Shown here piece by piece: positions 50,593 to 61,999 of a DNA stretch of 64,000 nt (its first letter is position 1; each line of letters begins with the position of its first letter). Both the position numbers and the translations under genes were made by a program. The notes below the pieces were generated by a model. The model worked only from the letters and a program-made list of their open reading frames with translations. It had not been told where the DNA came from and did not search any database. The DNA comes from Camelus dromedarius (Eukaryota). The stretch spans positions 44,208,001-44,272,000 of the forward strand of contig NC_087447.1 in NCBI RefSeq assembly GCF_036321535.1, written 5' to 3'.

Positions 50593-52580
50593 ACATTGGA
50601 GAAAGAAACCAAAAATTATGCAAAGAATATAATCATACATTTAAAATTATAATAGCTATAAAATATGGGGAAATGTTCAAAGTAACCAGAAAATGAATGC
50701 AAATTAAAAATAAGATTTTTTTAAAATTGTAGTCCTCAGTTATGATAAAAGTTAAGGGAAATAAACAGGATAGGTCAAATGATAAGTTGATTTCACAATA
50801 TATATCAAAGACACTTTGAACTAGCAGCACTGTATTTACAATTTTTACATTGTTTGGATGCAAACTGCATTTTACTTGAATGCTTTTCTCAGTCTTATTT
50901 AAGATAATGTAGTTGTAAACAAATGAACAAAAGAACAAAAATAGCAAATTGTTTAAATAAATTGTATTATAGTTCCACTATGGAATTCTGTGCCATAATT
51001 TAGAATTATGCTAGAAAAGAACATTTAATAGCACGGTGAGATATTCAACATATTTATCTAAGTGGATGGAGTATGTTACAAAATAGTATGTTCAATGCCA
51101 AGATCTTCATTTTAAAATATGAAATTATATCCATACATGGAAAACTACAATTGTATTATTTAAATGTTAAAATCTCAGTGCTGTGATTATAAGTGTTTTA
51201 AGCTTTTCCTGTGTTTCACCTGTTCTACATTATTCACCTTGATGTATTCTCTGTATTCAGATAAACAAACATTCTATTAAGAATAAAATAATTATGCAAA
51301 TCAAAACAGCTTATAAAATTTTAAATATAAATGATAAACTTGGAATAATTTTGTAGTAATTCAACAAATAATAAAAAATGTTTGCCTCATTGACTTGTAA
51401 AGAGGGCCCATGAATCATTAAGAACAAGCATTGTATCTCTCCCCGACCCAAAAAAACAGAGGGCACCAAGATTCAATTTATCAAAAGTACCATAAAGGAA
51501 TATACATATAAAATTACTCAATTTTCCTAGCAGTAAAAAAAGAAGTAAAAATCAGACAAATAAATAAATAACACAAAAATTCAATTTTGTGTATCAAACT
51601 TAGAAAGGCAAAAATAATCAAAATGTTCAGTGCTAATATGGGGGTGGTATGATAGATAATATCTTTGATTTGGGCTGTAAATTAGTATTTTTTTTTCTGA
51701 AAAGCAATTTAGAAAATTTGTATGAAGTCTCTTAAAGTGTTCATATACTTTGTTTCAAGAACTTCCTCAGGATTTCTAGTCTAAGCCAGTAGAGCCATAG
51801 ACAGTGATTTCACATATAAATATGTTGTGTTGTATTTAAAGATAAATAGTCTCAGGACTGCAATCAACCAACCACTCGTCCATAACTGATGAGGTCGATC
51901 ATGGCACGGGCACCTCAGAAAATATCATGTAATTATGTTCAGTCAGTTTTGAAGAACATTTATTGCTATTGAATAATACTCACAAAGAAATATTATATTA
52001 AAAAAACTCAAGAATATATAGGTGTACATATAAGATTCCAAATTTATAAATATCTGCGTAGGGGGAAAAAAGACAGGGAATGTACAAAATTTTAGCGATG
52101 ATCACCTTTAAGTGGTGGGGAAATTTCATTTTCTGGTTTTCCAAACAGCCTACAGTGAGCTACGTTTGTTATACAGCAGCAATGAAGGCAGTAATGATGA
52201 AAATGAAAATGATGACTGCATGTTGGTAGTGTTTGCTGAATACATAATAAAATTATGCTATGTATTTTACTTTTATTTTTTTCATACTCTTCTCACAACA
52301 ACAGTCTGATTTTGATGCTACTATTATAATCCTCCCCGTATTTTTGCTAATGGCAAACTGAAGTTTGGAGAGCTTAAGTTATTTAATAGTTAAGGAATTT
52401 AATAAATTGTCTGCATAGCAGGATGATGCAGACCTGCACTTAGAACCACGATGAGAAAAAATACAATAAAAGCGCCACTTGGGTTTTGAACACAGAAAAT
52501 ATTTTAGGTATCAACTTTTGTCCCTCATCATTAGTTTCTTACTACTTAGTGAATGAATTGCTTCCCTTCATGATTCTATA

Positions 52581-52961
52581 CAGAGGTTGGCAAACTTCTA
52601 TAAGAGGCCAGATATAAAATATTTTAGGCTTTGCGGACCACATGAGCTCTGTTGCAACTACTCAACATCCAAACAAATACCCACATGCAAAATGCCGAAT
52701 CTATAGTGTTAATATAGGTATACGAACAATTAGGTATATAAATATATACAATAAACAAATGAGCATGTCTGCATTGCAATTAATTTTACTGACAGACATC
52801 AAAATTTGAATTTCATACAATTTTCAAGTGCCATAAACTATTCTTCTTCTTTTGACTTTTTAAACCATTTTTTAAATGTAAAAGTCATTTTTAGCCCATG
52901 AGCCATAAAAACCAAGAGGCTGGCTGTATTTCACCCATGCGTGGTAGTCTGCCAATCCCTG
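52581..52961. mobile_element. MER58-like hAT-Charlie non-autonomous DNA transposon
   Basis: Terminal inverted repeats cagaggttggcaaact ... agtctgccaatccctg; internal aatattttaggctttgcgg...tctgttgcaactactcaac. Confidence 0.8.
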
Positions 52962-53934
52962 CTCTATATCTTTGCACATAACATCACCTTTGGTTGCACA
53001 TGCCTCCTCCTCTTTCCGTGTAATTTCTTCCTTCTCATTTTCAAAGTTCAGATATGTTTTTCCTGAACTACTTCCAGATAGTGTTATTCCTGAGTGCTTT
53101 TACAAAAACTTAATCATTTGTATTTTAATTATCTATTGATACCTAAATTTCCCAGTTTAATTTGCAAATTTCTTCAGACCAGGAACTGCGTATTATTTAC
53201 AGGAATAAGCCCAATGCATATCCAGATTAAGTTATTTATAGTAAATGAGTGGAAAAGGAATACAAGAATTTCAGAAATTTCATCATTCCTGGAGTTTCCA
53301 CTGGATTTCATGTCTACTCACGTTCTACTAAAAACACCTTTCACTAGAAGCTTCATTTCATGACAAAGGATTAGGGGTGGTTCTGGTGGAGAAGGATTAG
53401 GAAAGAGGAGGGAGGAGACATGAAAGGTCCAGTTGGGTTTACTGGGGAAGAAGAGATGGCAGCCTGACTTGAGGGTGGGAGATACTGCAGAACCTGATAG
53501 TCCATGGCAGGCCCACAGGCTCCCTGCTAGTTTCTCTATACCTTCCACAGGAACATTACGCTGCTAATCACGCCTGCTGTGCCGGGAGTAGGAACCCACT
53601 CTTCTGGGTCTTCCGCATCCACAGAATTGTCCTAAAGAAATAGTGTACTTGATGTGTTCTACCTCGTGAATGTTCCACTGAGGCAAACCTTCCCTGAGAT
53701 AATTAGAGGAAAGTCAAGACTTGGAGGAAGTATATGCACTGTCAAAGCGGCAGGGACTAGAATTTTTCTGACGCAGAAAGCTTTAGAGTCAAAAACGGGA
53801 GGAAAAAAAAAAAAAAACCTGGGTAATCTCAATCTTCTTTGGCCTCAGATCTCACTTATGAAAAAGAAATTGGAGACTAAATCCTAGCGAGGTGAGGATC
53901 TGATGAGATCTTCTCAGGGTGGACAGAGGAATAG

Positions 53935-54597
53935 GATTAGGTGTCCCACCAAATCCTGCCAAACCTTGTCCAGTTGAGCAACTGAACCTGGAGAGGGACC
54001 CCTGGTTGATTCAGCCCTTGATAGAACCTTACCTGTGCCCAGGAGGGAGATGTGCCTTGTTCAGCTCTGCCTGGTAGCTGTGCTTCACGCACACCCTGGA
54101 GTGTCTGAAGAACTCTGGCTCTGTTGTCAGCAGACCCAGAAGAGGAATCAGGGAGGTCTTACTCCCTGCCCTGGATGAGCCATTAGTGGCTGGACCTGAA
54201 GCCAGGTCACTGCTGCCTCCTCTGTGTCAGGCGTGAGTGAGCACTCTAGAGGGCTGGCCAAGCTCCCCGTCCTGACTGAGGAGATTTCTTCCCAGCTGTG
54301 TCTTTTGTCCTCAGGGCCAGGTGAAGGGCTGGCACCTCTATTTTCCCCCAGGTGTTTCTGGGCTCACCTTAGCTCTTCTTCCTTCCCTCCCTCAAGGCTA
54401 TCTGACCTTTCCTGACTCCACTGTCCTTTGGGACCCTAAGGGATGTCAGAGGCCAATAGGATGAAGTTCAAGAAAGGAAAACCACACTCTAGGAATGCTG
54501 TACTGTGCAGAGAAAAGCACAAAATTTTTGGATTCTGAGTGACCTAAATTTAATCCCAGCACTAAAACTCTGTGGTTTGTGATGCTTAGCAATTTTA
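53935..54597 (-). promoter_or_regulatory. Near-identical non-coding block A (copy 2): candidate 5' exon(s)/promoter of the OR10A5-like gene
   Basis: Paralogue of 35875-36535 (offset 18060); donors CAG|GTAAGG (54035-54027) and AAG|GTGAGC (54370-54362). Confidence 0.55.
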
Positions 54598-54774
54598 TTA
54601 AACAATATGGAGTTTTAGCTTCCACATTGCTTAGACAAAGATAATAAGCTTATATTACAGAGTTGGTATGATGAGATGGGATACATTAACACTGATGTTA
54701 ATGTATTCTATTACAGTATATTTATCAATGTATCATGGGTATCATGTTACAGTAACCTTCCCAATAGGCAGTAA

Positions 54775-54950
54775 TTGTTCCTCAACAAGTATTGAGTGAT
54801 TACTACATGCCAGGCATCCTTCTAGACCCTGGGAAAGAGAAGCGAACAGAACAAGCCCCTTGCTCATGAATCGTCCATTTGGAGGTGGGAAGCCCAGCAT
54901 TGAGCAAATACACAGTTAAGCACTTAAGACCAAGTGGTTGCTGTACACAA
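54775..54950 (-). mobile_element. L2 3' fragment
   Basis: caacaagtattgagtgattactacatgccaggcatccttctag. Confidence 0.6.
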
Positions 54951-56857
54951 AATCCGGGATGGAAGAAACAGGACATAGACTTCTTTTAATATAGAATACT
55001 TTTTCTTTTTGCTAATACTACACTAGCCATTATTAAGAACGTTGCACAAGATAAGTTGAAGATGTAAGCCCTTTTCCAAAGGTTGATCAAGTAAATTTGA
55101 GGCTACTGGCTTTTGAAAAGCCGAGTGAGCAGTACAAGATAGAGCTTGTATCAGAGCTTGATTCAGGCTTTGAGTCATACAGAAAAGATCATAACTGTTT
55201 CTTACTATAACACAATTTTAATAGTAAAATAATGTGCAAGTTATCTTAATCCATCAATAGGGCACTGATGAAAAACTGTCGATTTTACACTGTAAACTAT
55301 GTAACTGTGAATATATTATATTAATGTGGAATAAGCTCCAAGATAAACTATTATTTGAAAAAAATCAGGGCGAAGGACATTACGTACACATCACACAAAT
55401 TACATATATTTTATAGAAATACATATTACACACATACATATAAAATATGTAAATAGTACGTTTCTGGAAAGACACACAAAGATTGATAAATACTTTGTTG
55501 CTTTCAGTGCAGGAAAGTGGGGAAGCACAGAGGTCAACCCTGAGAGGGAAATCTTTTGATTCTATATTATTTTGTACTTAACTTTATCATGTACATTTAT
55601 TAAATTTTTAATAAAAATAAAAGATGCTTAACATTTTCATTCTGGTTCCTCCCCTATTAATTTCTAGCTTTATGACTTAGAGAAAGACACTAAAGTTACT
55701 CCATGTCCCAATACCTGTTGTCAAAAGAAAATGACATTAAGTACAGAACACATGCCAAGCACTGGTGAATGTCATATAAGGCAGGTTTCATCAAGATACT
55801 GTTTGACCTGAACTTGAAAGTTTCCATCAGGGAGGGGAAGAGGCATTCCGGTTGACTCTGTGACGGCAACATCACTTTGATTACTGCTACCAGCGCTGTT
55901 TCTGCAAGGTTTGTCAGATTGGCTTCTTTCTTTTCCTCTAACTCACTAAACTCTTCCCTGCATTAGGGTCTTTGCGTAGGTAAATCTATTTGTTTCTAGT
56001 GCTTTTCCTCCTAATTTTCACCTGGTTAACTCCTACTCAATTTTCTGATACCACTTTCTGATTTTCTGCTGTTACTTCCTTGAAAAGGAGTTCCCTGGCC
56101 CTCTTCCATTAGGACTCCAATTTATTCTTCTTCAGAGAATTTAATTCTTTTATTTCATAACAATGGTAGCATTGTATAATTATATATTTGTTTGTGAATT
56201 CTTTGTTTAATCCTCTTTTAATTGGGCTATAATTCCCCTGAGGGTAGGGACTCTGTAAATCCAGTACTTAGCAGAGAGTGTAAAGGAGGGCTGGGAAGCG
56301 ACAACGGAAGCCATGAGGACAGTGAGGAGGCTCACTGAGTAATAATTCAGGAATAAAGACCTGGCTAGGCCAACGGCAGCGGTAATGTAAATGGGAACTG
56401 AAGCTAAATATGTGGAAGGATTTTGTCAAGGATGAATTAGCAGGACTTAGAGACCGGTTGAACAGTTCTCTGACAACACTTATCAAAGTGTGCAGTCATT
56501 ATAGTAAAGCGCCTTGCATGGGACTGTTTGCTCTGTGGCCGTTTACTTATTTGTCCTTATCACCCAAGGAGCTGGAAGCTCCTAGAAGGGGCAGCACCTT
56601 GTTCATTGTTGTACCTTCAGGATTCAGTGTGTAAATATTCACTGATGAAGTGAAAGAATACATCAACAGAAGGGGGAGTCAAAAAGAGGAATAAGTAACA
56701 AGCCAATGGCAACGGCAGTGGGAATGGGAACTAACACTAAGGGATGGATAAAAAGAGTTGCCAAAGACAAACTTGCAGGAGGTGAAGGCTGGTTAAATAT
56801 TCCCATGATACCAATTATCAAGCGGTGGCATTAAAATAGAATAAAGACACTGAATGA

Positions 56858-56969
56858 TTTTTATTTGCTTGCTTGTTTTTTTAGTTTAGTGGAGGTACTG
56901 GGGATTGAGCATGTAAGGACCTCATGCATGCTGAGCACATGCTCTGCCACTGAGCTATATGCACCTCCC
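56858..56969 (-). mobile_element. Vic-1-like SINE, diverged
   Basis: ggaggtactggggattgag...ggacctcatgcatgctgagcacatgctctgccactgagctata. Confidence 0.85.
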
Positions 56970-59719
56970 AGTGATGTTTTAATTTTATAATTGTCTGTTT
57001 ACTTCTGTGACCCACTTACTGGGAGCACCAACTAAACAGCAGCACGTACGTTTACTGTTTTACTCTCAGAGCTCAGTATACACATGTTCCCTGATGAAAT
57101 GTAAAAATAAATCAAAGAAAAATTAAATTAAAAGGAAGGGTAAATAATAATTACAAAATTGTCCAAGTGTAGTGACTGGGAGAATAAGTCTGTGTTTTAT
57201 TCTAAGTAAACCTTGAGTTAAGAATTTCATCGTGTTAGCATACCATGTAGGGGTCTGGAGTTGTCTTAGGGTCTGTAGGTGACTCTCAGCTAACCAGCTC
57301 AGCACATTTTTAACAGGCTCTGATCTTTGATCCATGCTCTGCATAGTTTGGACTTGCACGCTGAGTAGGGTGTCCGAGTGCTCAAGTGCACCTCTACCTC
57401 TTTTTATGGACTCATGGTTGCATCATTCATGTTTTGTTGTTGGTACTCAAAATGCCCTCATATGGTACACGACTGGTCATGTAAGTTGTTTAAAACTTTG
57501 GAGAACAGCCAATTGTTATCACTTTTGGGTGAGTTATTTATATCAGTGTATGCAAATTAACTCTCACAAACAACATATAATTAGCACTGAAAGGGTAGCC
57601 ACGTTTGTATCTTTTGATGGCATTTTGGATAACAATTCAGGTGGGCTTTGAAGTTAAAATTTGGGGGACCTTTTGGGAAAAATGTACTTACAAACAAAAG
57701 AGCACTTTGGGGAGGAAATTAGTGGAAAACATCTTTGCCGTGTTTATTGTCACTTTTATTAGGGAGAAGGAAGCATCCTTCATAAGAGTTCAGTTCATAC
57801 ATTATCGTTTGAGAGCATCATGCTAGATAGATACCTTGCTGTCTAAGCAGAGATGTCTTGGAGGCACGTGGAAACATGAAACACATTTGGTGAGAGGTCA
57901 CTGCTGAAGGTAAAGATTTGGGTCTTAATCATTCATTTCAACACTTTTAGAGTATTAGTGAGTGCCAGACAAAGGAATATGAACATAAATGAGAGGTTGT
58001 CCTTATCCTCAGTTGATAGATATGCATGTAAAACACAGTTAATTACATTATCTTAAGTGCTTTAGCAGTAATATGCCCAAGATATGTGTGACAAAGGCAA
58101 GTGAACCCAGCTTTGTTTAGAGGAATCAGAGAGGGTTTCTAGAAGAAAAACATTAGAATTGTATTCCAAAGAATAAAATTAGAGCTGAATCTTGAAAGAT
58201 AAGTATAAATTAGCATGGGGAAGGTGTTTAAACGGAGGAATTTTAAACACAGTGTGTAAAAATATAAAGGCTTAATAATAATTTCCCCATTTATACAATA
58301 CTTACTCTGTCCCAGGTATCTTTTTCATTTGGAGAATAAAACTGATTTTATAAGTACTTTTAATTCTCCCAAAGAAATAGCTCATCACACAGTAGATCAG
58401 ATAATTTCCATTTAAGTTGATCTCAACATTGTTTTTTGTTTTTGCTGTTTTGCTTCATTTGTTCATTATCATTCTCCTAAGAGCTCTTTTAATCTCTGTG
58501 ATAAACATTATTTTATTTTATTTACCTATTTTATATAACTTTCCAGCTTCTACCTCTATATTTTAGAGAAAGCATAATACTTTTAAAGTACATGATATTT
58601 TAAATTCAGACCTAAATTAAAATTCTTGCTTGGACACTTAGATAGTCGTGATGATTGAACACGCTACTTGCTTTTTTCAAGCAAGTATCCTATTTTAAAA
58701 ATGGATGAAATCTGTGAGGAATAATTCATACTCCATTAAAAAATATATATTTGCCTGTCAATAAATGTTAGTTACTTAATTCACCCTGCTTCCTAGGAGG
58801 AGACAAATTTAAGTAGATCTTTCATGTTACAATTTTAGCAGACATCCTTGAGAATTCTACATAACTGATCTCCCACTTTGAATGGAAAGAGATACTAAAG
58901 TATAAAACAGACCATACAGTTCCACAAGTGGAAGTGAGTGGCTCACATAATTTTAATTTAATTATTAAAAAATTATTATACATACATTTTATTTACTATT
59001 AATTTTCTAATTATATATTTATATAATTAAAATATGTATTAAATTTGGTTATACATGTGTTATATTATTATACTATATCCTATCTGCTTATTATGAAATA
59101 TAAGAATAGATACTGAGAATTATTTTTATGAACTTGTATAGCTGTTAAGCAGCACAGGATTTGAACTCAGATTTTTCAGACTCTAAATTGTTGAGGAGAA
59201 TAAAAAAAGACTATGCTTAGAAATGCATGGTCTAAGGGGAAGGAAAACAGTTCAGTCTGACAACTGTTGAATATGCACACAACTGTAGGGTTGGGGTATG
59301 GCAGGAACAAGATTGGAAAGATAAGATTGAGCTGGACAACAAATGGGTTCATATGACATGCTAAGAACACAGCTTCATTCTGAAGATGAGGGTCAATTGT
59401 AAAGATTTAAAACACGATAATGACAGACCATCACATGCGCATTTAGAAAGAACTGTGGAGATTTGAATGAGCTGAAGGAGGATGAATGAGAATGGGATGT
59501 ATATGAACGTCTCAGTATGACTAGAGGCTGGGAGACCAATTAGGAAACTCTTATCAATACTCTCAGTGGGAGATACAAGCCAGCACCCAAGTTTCATCTC
59601 CACAGGGGTGATTCATTGAAACCTTGGCAACAGAGGGATTTCTGAGATGGTACCCAAGGAAGAAAGAAGAAGAGGACCAACTACTGAGTTCCCAGGACAA
59701 GTAGAGTTTAAAAGGACTT

Positions 59720-59984
59720 GTGGTTGACAAGCGGAAGGGTGTTGGGAAGGGATAGACTGGGAGTTCAAAATTTGTAGATACTGACAGGCATATGTAGAAT
59801 AGATAAACAAGATTATACTGTATAGCACAGGGAAATATATACAAGATCCTGTGGTAGCTCACAGAAAAAAAGTATGTGACGATGAATATATGTATGTTCA
59901 TGTGTAACTGAAAAATCATGCTCTACACTGGAAATTGACACAACATTGTAAACTGACTATAATTCAATAAAATAAAATAAAATT
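59720..59984 (+). mobile_element. 5'-truncated L1 tail inserted in duplication unit 2 only
   Basis: Empty site at 40880-40889 in unit 1; TSD aaaaggactt (59710-59719) / aaaaagactt (59985-59994); TT/AAAA target; paralogue offset jumps from 18830 to 19105. Confidence 0.93.
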
Positions 59985-60384
59985 AAAAAGACTTAGAAAA
60001 TAACACAAGGATCTACCCTTGGAAATGCTGGGGGAACAGCAAGGAATCCATGACTACGGAAAGTAAGATGATAAAAACTTTCAGCAGCAAAATTCCTCTT
60101 ACACAAGCATCAGAGAAAATCTGAAGGACATTTGATTTCCTTAAGAATCTCTCTGGACCAAGAGCTGGTCAAAGCCTTGCATCACTGGACTCTGTTGTAA
60201 TTCCTCCCAGTCAAGGCCCTGGTCCTTCAAGATCTCAATCTGCAGAATCACAGTCTCTGAGAGCTCGAAGGGCCCCCGAGACCCAAGAGTAAAAGCCTGG
60301 GAATCTCCGCTAAGGGGGTGAGGTCTCTCTCCCTCTCCTGCAGCTCTGCGCAGGCTGAGCTCTGCCCTCACTGGCTTCCATTCT

Positions 60385-60775
60385 CAGTCTCTTCCACCCC
60401 TGGGCTTGCAGACGAACCAGCCTATAATGAGCAGTCAGAGGCTGTGACCTCATTAAAAAGTTGTTAATGAGACACACTGCTGCTCAGGAAGCACAGCTGA
60501 GGGAGGCTCCCAGTGGCCTCTCGTGGGGCCTGGCGGGAGAGCTTGGGTGAGCAGGCAGGCCCAGCTCTGGGCAGAGGGCTAATGCACTCAGGCTGCAGAG
60601 CCACGCCTAATGAGCTCACGCTGGCAGCAAGCAGGCCAGCTCGGAAGCTCAAGTCCCTGCTGACCTGCAGGCTTCGGGGAGTGGGTGTCATCCAGAGCAG
60701 CAGTGATCCTCTCTGAGCTCTCAGCTCTGCTTACTGCCTCCTCTGTGGACCTGTTTTAATGGAGGACTCCAAATT
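60385..60775. promoter_or_regulatory. P3-promoter-like element upstream of OR10A5-like (paralogue of the P-like element)
   Basis: TCATTAAAAAGTT at 60450-60462 with the same TAATGA cluster; 5 mismatches counted vs 41021-41640. Confidence 0.78.
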
Positions 60776-61069
60776 CTCAGTTTAAGAAGTAATTTTGTGT
60801 TGCACTGAGCTTGCGGCCCATAAACAATTGTATAAGCCTTTTGACTGGTCTCCGTCCCACAGGCTTTATCCCTTTGCCACCTGTTCTTTGCACTACTGCC
60901 CAAAGTTTACAAAACAAGATTCAAAATCCTAGCATAGAAGACTCTTGAATATTGGACTCCTGTCTATCTCCCACCCTCATCCCCTCCAGACTTCTCTCTC
61001 CTGTTACCACTTTCATCATTATTACCACGACCATCACCATCGTCATTATCACGATTACATCATCATAAT

Positions 61070-61280
61070 TAACATTTCTATGCTGCTTCTGATGTGCCCA
61101 ACAGTGTTTTACATACATTAATTCAATAAAACAATGCAATGAAATAGGTGCTGTGATGGTCTGCATTTTATAGATGACAGTCAAGATCTGCTATGTAACT
61201 GGTCCAATGTCTTACAGCTATTCAGAGAGAGGCAGGATTACAATCCAGGCACTTCGGCTTTAGAGTTTACGCTCTTACAC
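61070..61280. mobile_element. MIR SINE preceded by a CAT/CAC low-complexity tract
   Basis: cattttatagatga...ggattacaatccagg; paralogous to 41990-42270. Confidence 0.55.
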
Positions 61281-61999
61281 ATTATGAAGACCTGCTCCTC
61301 TACTCTGTGCACTTATGACTTATTTGTCTTGGAATGCCCATCTCATCTTCAGTCTTAAACCTTGGCCTCCATTCCTTCTTACACTTCTTACTTCTAACCA
61401 TTATGTGTATATTGTTACCCAAAGCCCTAATGTTTGTGTTTCTGCTCCCCACTGGGCTGAGAGTTCTAGCACTTGGATGAGTTGGGTTCAGTAAATGTTA
61501 CTGTGGTGTTACCGAATCCTTTAGTATTTGTTACATTACTTTAAAGATACACTACACTGTCTTCTCTTTGAGAAACTGGAAACTGAATTCGTGACCTCTC
61601 TCTTGCTACCATGTGACTACAGTCATTATGTCCATCCTCCTTACTTTTCCATCTAAATAAAATATACGGCTATCAACGTGGTTGCTTTTGCCACAAATAT
61701 GAGTATAATCTTTGACACTTTTCCAGAACTAAACCATCGTTAGCTCTCACCTGATCTGCTGCCATCCCTATACTAGTCTCCCTCTTTACCTTCTTGCCAC
61801 CTACAATAAATTACCTACCCAGTAGACACAGTTGTCTTTTTAAAAATAATTGCCCTTGCTTAATACGCTTCAATGGCTGCCCACTGCATTTAGATTGCTA
61901 TCCAAAATCTAACATGGTCATAAAGAAGTTCTGAATGATTTGACCTTTTTTTTTTTTTTAACTGTGCAATCAATTTTTACCTCTCTTGTCCTTATCCAC

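Larger units (their letters stand above)
45170..61280. repeat. Tandem segmental duplication, unit 2 (OR10A5-like gene plus upstream region)
   Basis: Colinear with unit 1; longer because of unit-specific L1, MER58-like and other insertions. Confidence 0.88.

Noticed and set aside
31320..61280. Haplotype or assembly false duplication, or a very recent duplication
   Set aside because: Flanks are highly diverged, repeats are unit-specific, and the same gene pair exists in human and mouse as recalled.
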